From Spironucleus salmonicida (taxonomy: Eukaryota), in contig NC_090601.1 in NCBI RefSeq assembly GCF_000497125.1, forward strand, positions 1,240,001-1,304,000: a DNA stretch of 64,000 nt, given 5' to 3'. The stretch's first letter is position 1. Every line of letters begins with the position of its first letter. This document shows, piece by piece, positions 26,157 to 40,351 of this stretch. The translations under genes were made by a program, and so were the position numbers. The notes beneath the pieces are model-generated. The model saw nothing but the letters and a program-made list of their open reading frames with translations. It was not told the DNA's origin and ran no database searches.

Positions 26157-27137
26157 TCACTAAGAAATAGTATTTTTTCGTCTGACTATAACAAAACCGA
26201 TGATACAACCAGCCCCAATACTAACAATAACAATTGAAGCTATCAAACCTACTATTGCTGCGACACTAAGCCCAGTTTTTAAAGCGGGGTCATCTTTATC
26301 TCCTGATACATTATAGGGCGGGTGTAAAACTAAATCTTAGCCATAATAAAATGAATCTTCTAACCCACAGTCGTATCCCTGGATAATTTAGACCCAATGC
26401 GCACCCATCGGAGTTTGCACAACGTAACCTGCACCAACAGAAGTATACCATGCAGTGGATAACATGATGGACTTGAACACATAGTAGTCTATCCAATAAT
26501 CAAACGCTTCTTGTGGCGTAAACTGTGCATCATTTATTACCCAGAGCATGTCAATCCTAGAAACAGGTGTCGCAAAGGCACCAGTCAGTGCAGATAGATC
26601 GCCGTAAATAGGAGATTCTTTACTTTCATAATCATTCGCCGCCATATCTATAGCTTTCAACCGAGACATTTGATTAAGTTTTTTCGAGGCTAACCATGGT
26701 TGTAACCCATTTGTAGCGCGATATTCGATCGTTAATCTGACACTCTCCTTTTCCCATGCTACTTAATTAGCATTATCAAGGCGATAATAAATGAGCACAT
26801 TAAAAGCTGGGGATGGTAGACTATTCAGCTTAGATTTGATTGAGGAGCCGAAATACTGAATTTGGTGTACATCAGTCCCATTTTTAAAGGATAATCTAAT
26901 TAAATTCCCAACAGTATCGATTTTAATAGGGACGCCACGGCTTGGATGTGCAAGAAATTCTTCTGGGAGACCGCCAACAATAGGAATATTAAATACTAGC
27001 TGATAAACAGTATAGTTAGATATATCATCATATTTAATGTTGAAGATAGGCTAGAAGTCGAGAAGTACGGGTGCTTTCGTATGGTCATACTCAGTAGGCA
27101 GGTTATCTTTGATGGATTACAGAAGTAATATTAGCAT
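26157..27137 (-). CDS. Type I membrane protein with CAP (SCP/PR-1) domain of bacterial YkwD type, 326 aa
   Basis: LTIEYRATNGLQP..KKLNQMSRLKAIDMAANDYESKESPIYG..TPQEAFDYW..YTSVGAGY..HWVQ, then TM VAAIVGLIASIVIVSIGAGCIIGFVIV and RRK. Confidence 0.75.
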
Positions 27138-28235
27138 TTGTAAAATAGATAGTTTATCTTTAAAGTGTATAATATAATATTAGTTTTTGAATTATAAAAA
27201 AATATTTATATAACTAAATAAAATTAGTATATTTAAGTTTTTATTTCGGTAAAATTTGCATAATTTAATAATATACCAACGAAATGTTCGAATTTAAGTG
27301 ATATTTAATGTGAAATATTCAAACTTTTATTCTAATAACATATTAAAATTATACTTATTATGTATTTTTACTCTGTTTTATCTGTCATCTTTTTATTAGG
27401 ATCAGTACTAAATAATAATCATAACTAACTAACGATTTTTATTTACTAATTTTGTTATACTAATTTATTATAATAACGTAAGTTTGTGCCTATATTTTTA
27501 TAATTATCAGCTTGTTCTATTAAATTATTTAAAATCACAATTAAAAATACATTTATACTTCAATTGGTACTACTTAAAAATATATATTATATTATAACAA
27601 TATATTATTATCAGTTATATTTGCAAAATATAAATATATAGACAGGCATTTTATACTTTACCTATATAGTTAATGAGTAGTTAACTTGCATAGCTATCAT
27701 TATAAAACCTGTTTAATAAATGCCGAAATTTTTAAATAAAAATTAAATTTATTGGTTATCCTTCATAAATTAGCATATCTTTTATCGTTATCGACTTTCT
27801 AAACCATCGTTTACAATGATACTCATACCTACTTGCTACTTTAAACTATATCTATAATTTTTGCTCGTAAAAATTTAACCATATTAAATGAAATATTCAT
27901 TTTGCTTATTATCTTAAAAATTTAGCTAATTTTCCGGTGACTCTTCCAATACTGTGTGTTTAACTAATTTCGATCATTCATTAACTTAGATATTCAGATT
28001 TAGATGCCACTTCTTGAAATGATAATCCTATTACCACATCTGTGACCAAATATTTAATATCAACCTGTCCTGTGATTCCTTTTCCATCTAAAAATAGAAC
28101 TTTGTGACTATCATAATTGACGAAAACACAAATAACACCTATTTTGTACACTCACTCCCAAAGTTCCAAATATCTGATACTATATCTCCCCATCTAGTCT
28201 ATTTTCTGTCTTCTACCCTAATTTTAATAAAACCC

Positions 28236-30056
28236 TCACTTAGCATACAGCTGGGTTTCATTAATTAAACCTGCCGAACTATTGCCCTTAATCTGCGGCA
28301 TTCCTACCTCCCTGCTAGGCATCACAATTGAGTTCCTCCTAGGAATTTAGCTGCGCTTTTTGAAATAGAAGTAAATGCCAAATGCTGCTAAACCCAACAC
28401 AATTAACACCATGACGACGATGCCTACGATCAAACCGGTCGAGTTGCCTTTCTGGTTTTGCTCGATTGGTTCACAACCCAGAATCGATGGGTTAAAAACC
28501 TCGCCTTTGGGGCAGTTCACGTCTATGCATTATCCGTGTACTATCTCATATCCAGCCTTACATATGGTGCACAATTCGTTGATCAGTGCATTTTCGGACT
28601 TGCAGGCGCTGCACTTTTTTCTGTCATCCAGAAGGTTTGTCTGGCAGACGCATTGCTCACCATCGCACGTGCCGTTGCGGTCACATTCCGTGCCATTGTA
28701 GACACAATTTTGGTGCACGCAGTTATTATTTATGAGCTAGAATGCTGGTAGGCAGTTAGAGCAACCAGTATTCGGATCTGAATGTTGATCGATACATTTA
28801 CATATTCCAGTGTTCAGGCATGTGCCATGACCGCTGCATAGTGAGTCTCCGGTGATGCATTTTTCTGGGCGGCAATCGCGGTTATCGATGTGACCATAAT
28901 ATGTAGATCCTGACTTACACTCATAGCAGCCTTTGCGGGGATCATTGTAGATATAGTCACCGCAGTCTCCACAAACTAGCTAAACTCCTTCAATTATGCA
29001 GGTACCACGATGATAGCAGCTTCCAATCGGTGATTTACAGAGGTCTAAACCGCAGTTAAAGTCGTTATAATATAATTCGGAGTATCCTTCTTTGCATTAG
29101 CAAACCTTTCCGCTGGTTCCATTTTCGCATTGGCATTTATACCCTGAAGATTCCCCGCAGTATCCATTGTCGCTGCATATTTTATCACCTCTTACACAGT
29201 CAGGACTCACACATTCTGTGTTATTGTTAGCGAAAACTAAGCCATCTGCGCATAATTCACACGAAGATCCAGAAAATCCTGGGACACATCTACATTCAAA
29301 AGTGGTATAATCACAATTTCCGCGATTATTACACTCAGTATCACCTGTTTTGCAAATATTATGGATACACTTCCCATTATGAAGTGTAAAATCAGTAATG
29401 CATGTTGTACAGACGGAAGTTGGGTCAAAATTTCCTTCGCAAGTACATTTACCTTCACTATTACATTTACCTTTATTGTTGCATTCAATACCTCCGATAA
29501 TGCAAGCGGTATCCACACAAATACGGTCAGATTATGGATTTACAAAAGCTGCTCCAGTAATACATTCTCTACACGCTTAACGTGGATCGTTTTTAGTATA
29601 AATACCACATCCATTACAAACGAATTCTTGTGCCTGTACATTCAATATACAATTAGAACGACCATAACATTCACCTTTGTTGGATTTGCATAAATCTACT
29701 GCACATTATTAACTATTGGGTATCAAACGTGTCCCAGTTGCACATTGGCAATAATATTCTGTAAATCCGGTGTTACAGCGGCATATATTTTTATTAACAC
29801 CACCGCAAATCCCATTTCCAGAACAAATTGTATCATTTATAACACAATTTTAGTTTACACATTCAGTATTATTATTGACAGGGATCAAACCGGCTGAGCA
29901 TTCATTGCATTTAAGGCCTGTAAAGTTAACGGCACACCTACATGACTAACTATCATTCTGACACTCTCCGTGACTACTGCAAATTATATTACCGATGAGA
30001 CATTCATCTGCATAACATTTACCTTCAATAGACGTTTATCCTGATGGGCATGTCAT
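28236..30056 (-). CDS. Cysteine-rich membrane protein with EGF/tenascin-like repeats, 606 aa
   Basis: Repeated CxxxGxC..CxC..G..C..C units, TM GLIVGIVVMVLIVLGLAAFGIYFYF and KKR. An alternative in-frame ATG lies at 30143. Confidence 0.9.
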
Positions 30057-30658
30057 TTATAATATTGGAGCGGGATTTATAAGGTGTAATTTAAGGTTAT
30101 TTCCAAAGCTAATAAAATATTAAAAAGTATTTAAGAATTGCATATTGATAATTAAACATAATTATATAAATTTGTGGAAACATGTAACTAACATATTTAT
30201 ATATAAATGGTAAAGTTTCAGATTTATCATGATTCGCTTAAAGGATCTATAATTATTATATTTATTAAATTATATTTTCGTATTAAACAATGTTGTAATA
30301 AATTTTGTACTATGTTTATATGTATATTTGGCATAATCAAAAAAATTCAGCTATACATAAAATAAACAATTAATTTAATATTTTAGGGAAATACGTTACT
30401 AACATTAATATTATTTAAAGTAAGTCAAAAATAGGTTTTTTTGAAGAAGCAATATGTTAATTACTAGATATTGTATCAAAATTCACTAAAATCCGCTTAG
30501 AACCAATCACTGTCAGAATAAAATTAACCAATAAATAATATATTTATCCATTTAATCAGTTAAATCATTTGAGTGGTTACATTTTATAATTATAAGATAA
30601 TAAAGATATAATATCTATAATTTTCTATTTACATAAATAAAAATCTCTCAAAACTTCT

Positions 30659-32998
30659 TCATATACCTAATATATCCTCAATACTCATTTAGTTTCCATT
30701 TTTATCTTCTTTTTCAGTCAATAGACCCCCAAATTTTTTATCAAACCCGCAAAGTACGCGCATTAACGCCTCTATTAGCACGTAAATTTCAACTTCGAAA
30801 TCATCAAACTTCAGCATGGTAAAAATGCTCATACGCTCTATTTCGGTAACTATAAAACTCGTATTGAAATCCATTTTCCATTCCTTCAAAATTGTTATTA
30901 AATTATTTGCTAAAACTGGTCTGGAAAGTGGAAATTTAAGGATTCTAGATTCGAATTGTTTCGGAAATTTGAGTTCTTTGTTCCTAAATACGGATTTAGA
31001 TGTAGAAAGTGGTAGTATAACAGTTATATTGTTAGTTGATATTTTCTACAATTTAGACTACTTCAACAGAAACTTAAAGAGTTAGGCAATTATGATTATT
31101 ATATAATTATTAGATGATATATGTGCAGCCTCTTATTATGTAATTCCAGAAGTTCTGTGTGGAATGAGATCAGTTGCATCTTCTAAGTCTAGTTGAAAGT
31201 TGTTAAGAATGCACAAAATTCTAGCGGCTGCTGAAATTCGGTAAAATCGTTATGCAGTGTCTTAGATTTCTTCTAAATAAAGTTAGGTTTTCTGGACAAA
31301 CCCGATTTTAGCTGGGGCATATATTGTGTTCATAAAATTGTTAAAAGTGACTAGTGCAAGCTCTTTGGGCTAAATTTTCTTAAATTGTGCTACTTTTATA
31401 TGTTTTTAGTGCTTTTCAACTTAATTTGCTATATGTTAGTCATATTTAAAAATTATATCCTAAAGCTACAAATTAAGCCAAGTCAACGTCCTCTTCGTTG
31501 GTAAATAAGGATTTAGCAATTCCTTTGTTATCTTGTTTTATTACTACTAAATATAATTTTCTCTATTATTACGGAAATTTGTAATTTCTGTCGAAAATTA
31601 AGACTTTGGCTATTTATCAGCAGGTATCTCAGATTTAAATATAAGGAACTTAAACATTTAAATATATTAATTATTATATGCATCCTTAACCTTTTGATTT
31701 TATAACATATTTCTTAAACAAGAAACTTGAACTTCCATATCCCCAGTAGAAAGAACATTAACAATAATTTCAGATAATTCTGACTCTAATAAACGTAGAA
31801 TTAGAAGCTAATCAGAGTGAGTAAATTGTGAAAGAGGTATAACAGCTAATTTCGTTGCTTAGCTAGATTTTCGTAAAATTGATGTTGCTTGACTACCTTT
31901 AGCATGTGAAAGTTAATTTAATTATAACGGGCTTGATGCTGATTTGTATTAATCTATAGCAACTTGAATATTTAAATTTTCATCAGATTGGTATATATTA
32001 TTGATATTAATATCATTGTTACTTTGGATAATTTATGGTTTGATGTCTTTTATAATTTATATTGGAACCGCTTCTGGGGTTGGAGCATCTTCTCGAGATT
32101 CTTCTATTTTTTCTAAATCATCACCATCTAGCTCATAGTCCATAACTAATTATCCGTTTTCGAGTACTGCTTCTCCTGGAAAGAATTTGGTTTTATCATT
32201 TTCGTATAATTTTTCTTACAAAATACGTTCATCTTTTTATGGTTTAATATTTATTTCAATTTTTGTGTCATCAATTTCAGAAATTTATTTATCAATTGAT
32301 ACATTTTAAATACTGCTATTACTCTGAAAAGAATTGTTATATGAGATTGATTTTTATTTTTGTAATAAATCAAAACCTTAGTTTATTTTTGGGATTTTCG
32401 AATCACTAGTGTTGTTTTACCTCTTCGACAGTGGAGTGTAGTTTGAGTTTTTGGTTGAGATAATTTTAGTATTTTTAATTGCTTATTCATTTACTATCTT
32501 AGTTTCTATTTTCTTAGTTTCAGTAAGTGTTTATTATTCTGATATTAAACTTTCGTCATCTTCGAAAACGGCAAATGGATTCATGAGTAAATCAGGTTAC
32601 ATTTATTTTGGTAGTTTCTTCGGAATTTCAATTTTAATTGGTTATCCAAATGCCTCTGATGTATTACTCAGATTACTTAAGTTGCTTAAATTACTAAACT
32701 AACGATTTATAGTTTTTTTTAAATTTGAAGTTTCAGATTCACTTTTTTCATTTAAAGATGTAGGTATTTATGGAATTTCATTTGTTAATAGATTCAATGC
32801 ATCATCTAATGACTGTGAATTTCTTGCACTAGAATTATGTGATGAAAGTTCAATTTGTGGAATTTATTATTTTACTTTTTCTTAATTATTTGGAAGATAC
32901 AGACGAATAGCATCTTTATTGAATTCGATAGGATTATGTTGAACCTTAGGTCTGAAATCTGCATCGATGTGAATATTTTTAATTTTATTGAAGATCAT
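30659..32998 (-). CDS. Hypothetical protein (low-complexity N-terminus, helical C-terminus), 779 aa
   Basis: MIFNKIKNIHIDADFRPKV...EDILGI*; contains the ORF-track fragment 30689-30889 in frame and an SNLSNLSNLSN repeat. Confidence 0.75.
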
Positions 32999-33964
32999 TT
33001 TGTCTCAAAATTTACTACTTAGTAAAATATATAATAATAAATGTAAAAATCATTTGAAATAAAATAGAAGATTAGAAAAATTTGCCATTTTATAAAATAG
33101 TTTATATTTTATAATGTTCTAATAATAAAATAACATAAACATTGATATATATTGAGTTCTAATACTTACTAGTCACTATTTTATTTGGTTACAGTATTAT
33201 GTTAGTATAATTATTAAATTAAGAAAAATTAAGTTATTTGATAAGTAATAAAGTAATTTTTAGATTTCGTTTATTTTATGTAAGATAAACATTTATTTAT
33301 TAATAAAATTAGATTAAACTTGTATCAAGCGATGCATATTTAAAATTTTATTAAGGATTTAGGAATTACTAAAAGAAATATTATAATTAATAAGGGTTTC
33401 ACTCGAATATGTTATTCATGGGGTAAAATTGTTATAATAATAAATTTTATTGTACCTTTATGCTTTAATTTTGTTCCTATAGAAAGAGCAATAAAATATT
33501 TATTTCGTTACTGTATTTTCTTAAACTTAGATAATCACGTATTGCTTATAATTTTTATTAGTTCATCTTATTTAGACAATCTAATTTTACTAATTATATG
33601 AAATTAAATTCATACTATAAAATTACTTATCAATTTTTGTTAATCTGTGATTTTATGTTATTCGATTAATATGGAAAAACAACTAGTAATATAAGTATTC
33701 TAATATTACTAATATGCGTGTAATTTTTTATTTTGAATACCACGTTCTTTAGAATTGTAAAATGAAATATTGAAAGTAGTTTGAATCTAAATAAAATAAA
33801 GTATTTCGACGATACCAGAGTCTCAAAGAGTTAATACCCGGCCTTGATTTTTTAAATAATGGTAATTAGAGATTAATTATTTTCTATGATTTACACTACT
33901 TAATTGTAGATTATTAAATGATTATTATCAACTATTTAATACTATTTCTACTGAACCAGAATAA

Positions 33965-34456
33965 ATGCACAGTTAAACTCCAGAGCTTCCATGCATTACT
34001 AGGCCCCATTGTAGATAATATATTATGAAAAAGAACTACACATTCATGGTTAAAAAGAATAAATCTAACTTAGATAGATAGCCTTCATAATTAAGTGTCC
34101 CTGAAAAGCAAACTAAATTTTTAGACTTGTAAGTTGTAGATTTATCTGAATGTGAAGTGTTTTCACATATTAAAATGTAAAGAGTCATAGATATCAAAGA
34201 AAATATAAGTCTAGACGAAATATAAAAATAAATTATGTTTGATGAAAAAATAAGCAGCTTAAAAGTGAAATTAAAAGTTAACATATTAAACTTCAAAACT
34301 TATTAAAGCATACCACTTAAGAAAATGAGCTAAAGTATTAATAATATAATTGATATTTTTAGTAATATAGTCTAATAATAAGAAGATACTTATGTGAAAT
34401 TAGGTTACGGAATTAAATTTATGAAGATGAAAAAGGAATTACTATCAATAGTTTGA
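33965..34456 (+). CDS. Hypothetical protein, 163 aa
   Basis: MHSQTPELPCITRPHCRQYIMKKN...ELLSIV*; protein-like ORF in an AT-rich zone. Confidence 0.5.
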
Positions 34457-35492
34457 TTTAATTAATAAAAATAGTTTAATATAGGAATATTTGTATAATT
34501 AAAATGTATTAAGACCATTTTAGTGATTATAGATTTGTTCATAAATATTAGAGTTTTTATATTAACTCTAATAAATAATATAGATCCTAATAATCTTTAT
34601 GTATTTAATAGTTCTAATAATACACGAAAATTTATAACTTATCATACTTATAGGATCTTATCTAATACTAATTTAGATGAAAAATTTAAGTAACGAAAAT
34701 GAGTATTGGTAGATAAATTTAAGTTATCATGAATTATATACTTTAAACTACTATCTGCTAATACTTGAACGAATAGGATGTGCGAATTTCCTTGTTTTGA
34801 CATAATATTTATTAGCCGTTAAATATTACCAATATAACGTATCGAATAAAAATAGAAATTGTAAGATATTTAATTTTATTAAAAAATTATCGAGACTTTA
34901 GAAAATAGAAGTCTGCAGTTAACATAAGCTTCAATTTTTATTATTATGCCTAATTAAATTTTCTATTATATATTATAGGAGCTCTATGATTCAATATTAT
35001 TCGACTTTACCACTCATCTAAAGTATACACAGGTTAATAATTATCATCATGAGTGATTTATATATTATTGGTAAGACAGGTTATTGTAAATTACCAGCAG
35101 TAATGAAGATAATTAAAATAACAATTAATTCAAAATTTATGTTATTAACTTATAGAATCCTTTACGGTTATATTTATGATAAAAATTGTTTTATTTATTG
35201 AAAATAATGTCAATTATTATTCACTAGCCAAATTTGATAAATAAAAGTATATTATAAAATTTATTTAAATTGAATCATATCGTACTAAGTAAATTCATTT
35301 TGAATTCAAGTATAAATAATCTATCGTTTTATATATTTTATAGTAATTTATATTTTTTAAGTTTTAGATTTATGATTTATACTAATAATATATTTTAAAA
35401 ATTATTATTAAAATTTGCAAGATAATAAAGATTATAAAATATATATTAATTATATAATTGCCACTCTAAATTTCCGCATTCCTTAACACTAA

Positions 35493-36434
35493 ATGCCTCA
35501 AAACGTTAAGTACCCCGAAATGACATGCTCTCGTGCTGACGACTATGCAAAGGCTGCCGATGAATTAAATGCAGCTATGGTTGGTAAAGGTAACAACAAG
35601 GATGAACTTATTCGCATCACCAAGCAATTCAATGCCTTAGAACGTCTGGAAATTGCCAAGCAATACGAAGCCAAGCAAGGAAAGAATCTCATAGCTGTTT
35701 TCAAGGACGAGCTTAAGGGTGATCTTGAAATGTACTTCTGTGTTCTCTATAGCGGATATTACAATCAGTGGGCTACCTGGATCTTTGAAACTATTCAGGG
35801 CAAGAAAGATAACATAGACGACTTATGCGAATTACTATTCATGCTTACCAAGGAAGATTATGACCAAGTTTCTGCTGTATATGAACAAACCTACGGTGTT
35901 AACATGAAGGATTCTATCTGCGAAGATATCAAAGATTCTTAAATTTGTGGTCTTATCAAATATTTCCTCGAATCTAACAACAAATATGGTGCCGGTGCTG
36001 AAAAGCTCGCTGACTATTTATTTGAAAAGATGGATAGTGATGAATGCGAAAAGCGTTTCACCAACATTCTTTGCAATTGCCACTCTCGTATTTATAAAGA
36101 AGTGTGCGATAAGATGAAAGAAAAACACGGTAAGGATATGGAAGAAATAATCAAAAAGAAGTTCGGTGGTAAGCAAGAATTCGCTTTCCTTGATGCTCAC
36201 CACTCTCTCCTCGATCATAAGACTGGTGTTGCCCGCCAGCTCTATCTTTGCTTCAAAGGTTTAGGTACTGATGAAAAGATGATGATCAAGATCACTTAAC
36301 TTTTCGGTGATAGAATGAAAGGAGGACTTATCCAGTAGGCTTATTCTCCTTTTGGTGACGTCACTAAGGATATCAAAAGTGATCTTTCTGGAAAGGATGA
36401 AGATCTTATACTTGCCCTCTGGGGATAAGAGTGA
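35493..36434 (+). CDS. Annexin (alpha-giardin-like), 313 aa
   Basis: AMVGKGNNKDELIRI, ELKGDLE, FKGLGTDEKMMIKIT, DIKSDLSG..LILALWG; joins ORF-track pieces across TAA = Gln. Confidence 0.95.
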
Positions 36435-36519
36435 ACATCCTTCTTTATTAATGCTAAAATAATTTTTTATCCAACTCGAATAAAAATCTTCGGTTGAAAT
36501 ATAAGATAACGACTATGAT

Positions 36520-36783
36520 ATGTATCCATATTCACTAACTTTTTTATAGTCTCTCCCAGATTGTCCTGATAAGCTACTACTAAGTAGCATTCTCAAAAAA
36601 GTTAAATCTTAGCTTATTCAGAGTTTGTAACAATATTAGGCTGAAATTTAATCATAGTAAACAAGAATTATAGAACTATAGTCAACATATCAAATTCTTA
36701 AGAAATAAAATTCTAGTTTTATACTGCCTGCTAAAATTTTGATAATTGGAATTTTTTTAGGGATACTGAACAGATATATATGA
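36520..36783 (+). CDS. Small coiled-coil, tail-anchored membrane protein, 87 aa
   Basis: MYPYSLTFLQSLPDCPDKLLL..QYQAEIQSQQTRIIELQ..ILIIGIFLGILNRYI*. Confidence 0.55.
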
Positions 36784-36809
36784 ATATATAATATTGCTTT
36801 TATCTATAT

Positions 36810-37460
36810 TCACTACTCTTCACTTAACGTTGTAACTTATACAGATTCTACGTCTAAATCAAAAGAATCAAACTATAGTTCTAGCATACCACTGATAGAC
36901 AAGTTTTCCCCAATATCAAGTTAAATAAATTAACTTTTTCGATCTACTCCCTCTAAAAAATCAAAAAATGTTTAAACTGATACTTCTAAATCATTTTCGT
37001 AGAATAAACATTATTCAATTTTATATGAAAGTTCATCAAAATATGTTATCTCATTGAATTTTACATATCTAAGCATATAATCCTAGAGATTTGTTGTTGA
37101 ATATACAGACTCATCTGATACCGACATTGGGCTAAGTTCTTAATCTAGATCTAAGTCTTATGTACATTCGGATTCGCCAAGATCTTTAAAAAGACAAGTA
37201 TTTGAAGCAGAGAACGACTGTGAAATATGCAACCTCTAAGAAAAATTATTTTCCTAAGCTGTTAACTTATTAATAAGCTCAGATGGATTAAATTTTTAAT
37301 AATCTTTGGATTTTGTAGAAATTTAAGTCTAATCAAATGATGATGTGTTTAAATTTTTCTAAATAGAAGATTGATGGGATAATGTTTTATTTAAACTTAG
37401 AGCTGGGAGTATGAATGAATCTATACACGAACTCTGGCTTTCAGATTTGTTTTTACGCAT
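36810..37460 (-). CDS. Hypothetical Ser-rich protein, 216 aa
   Basis: MRKNKSESQSSCIDSFILPAL...LSEEQ*; ends TAG-TGA. Confidence 0.65.
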
Positions 37461-37580
37461 TTGTTTAACAAATTTTATATCATATTTTATATATTATTAT
37501 CATTAAATATTATTTTAAATTTTATAAACAAAATAATTCTTAGTAACTATATATGATAAGTATGAATACTAGTTCATTTA

Positions 37581-38102
37581 ATGTCGTTTTGCTGCCAACG
37601 ACAATTCGGAAAGCAAAAAACGGTTAGTATTAATTAACTATACAGCTAACAATAAGGAGGATATCTAGCAGGTTGGCTTCTCCAACCTCTCCCTCAAATT
37701 GATCAATAATTTAAAAAGGTAAAATGCATGCAACTTGGCGAACACATTGAAATTGAAGCAAAAGAGTCTTCCCAAATCTAACCTGCTAATATCCAAGAAG
37801 CGCTAGATGCAGAATTTATGACTTCGACAAAATTAGACTTTAATAGGCGAGGAAGCAACATTGATTGTTTCCACGAACAGTGGCTATTAAGCTAAAGTAA
37901 AGTATACTAAATAGGCTCACTGGATTTGGACAAATTGGCTCCAAAAGAAGGGAAATATTATGAAATGCACCAGACAACAGATTACAACATGATCGAGCGG
38001 TTTATAGACGTCCTAGAGTACTAGAACAATTAAGCGGAGGACCACATCAACTATCTGTTCAAAATGATCGAAAACAGTCTTCCCAAATATACTAAAAAGT
38101 GA
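37581..38102 (+). CDS. Hypothetical protein, 173 aa (N-terminal CC, possible palmitoylation)
   Basis: MSFCCQRQFGKQK...LPKYTKK*; ends AAG-TGA. Confidence 0.65.
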
Positions 38103-38155
38103 GTTTTTGCTGTTTCCCAAAATATATATTTAGTAATAATCTACTGTATCCCAAA

Positions 38156-38527
38156 ATGAGCATACCGAACCGAACGCTCTACGATTAGCTCCTCTAGAAA
38201 AGCCAGTGCTCCAGAATATCCAAACTACCGCAATTCAACCCGAGAGCTAGCTTCCACCGCACGCTCTCCAAGTCAGAGTGTATCGAAGAGGAGCTGATTA
38301 CGGACTTCAGAAAAGTGCCCCTACACAGATCGTATGCCTCTAGTGACCACTACGCGTTTACCCCAACTGAAAAGCGCACACCTTTCGTAGTTGATCGCTC
38401 GTCCTACCTCTACGAGTCTGTACGGCTCGCGTCGCAAGCGAGCTACACAGATGTAGAGCGGAGCTTCAAGTTTCTACAGTCGAAGAAACAGTACCAAATA
38501 AACAGATACGACAGAAAATTAAAATGA
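38156..38527 (+). CDS. Hypothetical basic protein, 123 aa
   Basis: MSIPNRTLYDQLLQKSQCSRISKLPQF...RYDRKLK*; extends ORF-track 38315-38527. Confidence 0.65.
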
Positions 38528-38529
38528 GC

Positions 38530-39657
38530 TCAGAATGCTAACAGGTCTTCGAGGGTCGGTTGCGGGGCGGGTTGCGTTTGCGCCGGTTAGGCCTAAACTT
38601 GCTCGGGCTGGAACTATTGGGTAGGCTGTTGTGCTAATTGTTGTTGTGGCGCCTGGGGCTATTACGCAAATTGCTGCGGAATGTTCTAAACCCGCTGTTA
38701 TTGCATCATTTAGGGTGGCTGCACGCACACACCACCTTGCTAGACAAACTACTACATCATTGGGGGCTGTCCCTGCATCATTGGGACAAAATTTTACTGG
38801 TTCAGTGGCTGGAATGCGCTCTGGCTACTGGTGCTGGGAGGCTCAGTTATGTGCTGTGATGGAGTTTGGGGTGCTACGTAGTCTGAAACTGAAGCTTTTG
38901 GTGCGAAATTTCCGTACTCTGAAGGCGGATCGCTGATGCTTACCGGCCTAGTGCCTGTGAATCTGCCTTTCACCATATCCTCAATAAGGTCTGGGACATC
39001 TTGGAATTCTGCACTAACGTGAACTTGCTTACAAATGGTCAGAATTGGACAAATACAGATTCTGAACTCGGAAACGTAGTTTTGAGCCCATTTGATATTG
39101 TTTCCAGCCTTGTACTCTCCCGCCAAGCTTTACAAAATCTACGACATCATTTTGATAACAAATCCGAGGATTTGGGTTATCATAGTCTGTATTTGTTAGG
39201 ATATGTTTAAAGTAGCGACTATAGATATGGTTTTGAGCACATATACTGATTCTTAAAACTAATCTTAGATCGGCTTTTTAAGCGATTTTTGGTATCTCAT
39301 CGCTGTGATAAGGCAGTTGTTCAGTGCATCTACTTCTATTGAGAGTGAGTTAAGTTTTAACAATACATTTTCTTACTTCAATACTTAATAGCCTAGATTA
39401 TTTAAAGGTCTTGGTGAGCATTACATGCCTTATTCACATTTAATTAAAATCATAAATAGTAAGTATATTGCTTTCAGCTATTACAGGTCGTGCCCTTTGA
39501 TCAGTACCTTAATGATATTTTCGACGACTTAATCTTATGAATACTTATCTACTTAACCTGTATAGAATACATAAACAGCATTAATCATAGAATCATCTGG
39601 GACTTGTTCGTCATTAGATGTTGCTTTTTTAATATTAGACCCAAGTACAGAGAACAT
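38530..39657 (-). CDS. ENTH/VHS-like N-terminus plus Gln/Pro-rich tail, 375 aa
   Basis: Starts MFSVLGSNIKKATSNDEQVPD..LQQLKAIYLL (ENTH/ANTH/VHS-like 'KKATS..P..LKAL.LL'); ends QPAPQPTLEDLLAF*. Confidence 0.65.
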
Positions 39658-40351
39658 TTAATATAAATTAATAATATAACTAGATATTATATATAAATAT
39701 ATACTAATTAAATCTAACTCACTAAAAATTTTTACTTATTTCATTGGTCTCTTCCGATATTTTTTTATCTAGTTTCGCTAATTTATTAATTTATATTTAA
39801 CATCTTAATTTAGCTACTTTTATTTATTTTATGCAATCAATATCCTAGATCTTAATTTCATGAGAGTCCTTCATATTTTTGTAGATATTATTAATTGCAT
39901 ATTATAATATTAATTGAAAATTCAGTACAACATTACTAATATTTTTACGGTTAAATCCATAATATATTAACTATTCGTATTGATTTAATTTTAATGTAAT
40001 TGGAAATCCATTGTATATTATCGAGAGTAACAATATCCTATTAATATATGTTAACTTAATTTACGAATCCATGATGGTGCCTTAATTATCATTGTAGTTA
40101 TTAAAAAATTATGTATTATTAAACAACTATTATTTTTATAATTAGTATTGAAAATCAACAAACTTAATTATATATTAATATTTTATATAATTTCAATATC
40201 AATTTTTTATAGTTATATTAAATATACTAAAAATAACGATAGCAAATATCACTTTTAGTATACATAAACTATACATGGAAGTCTAAAACATAACTTGTTT
40301 TTTTAATATAAATATAAATAAACAATTTAAATTTATTACGTAGATTAAATA

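Noticed and set aside
27978-28193. Minus-strand ORF MGRYSIRYLELWE-TGA-VYKIGVICV.. as a possible selenoprotein
   Set aside because: No CxxU/UxxC motif, no recognisable family and no SECIS seen.
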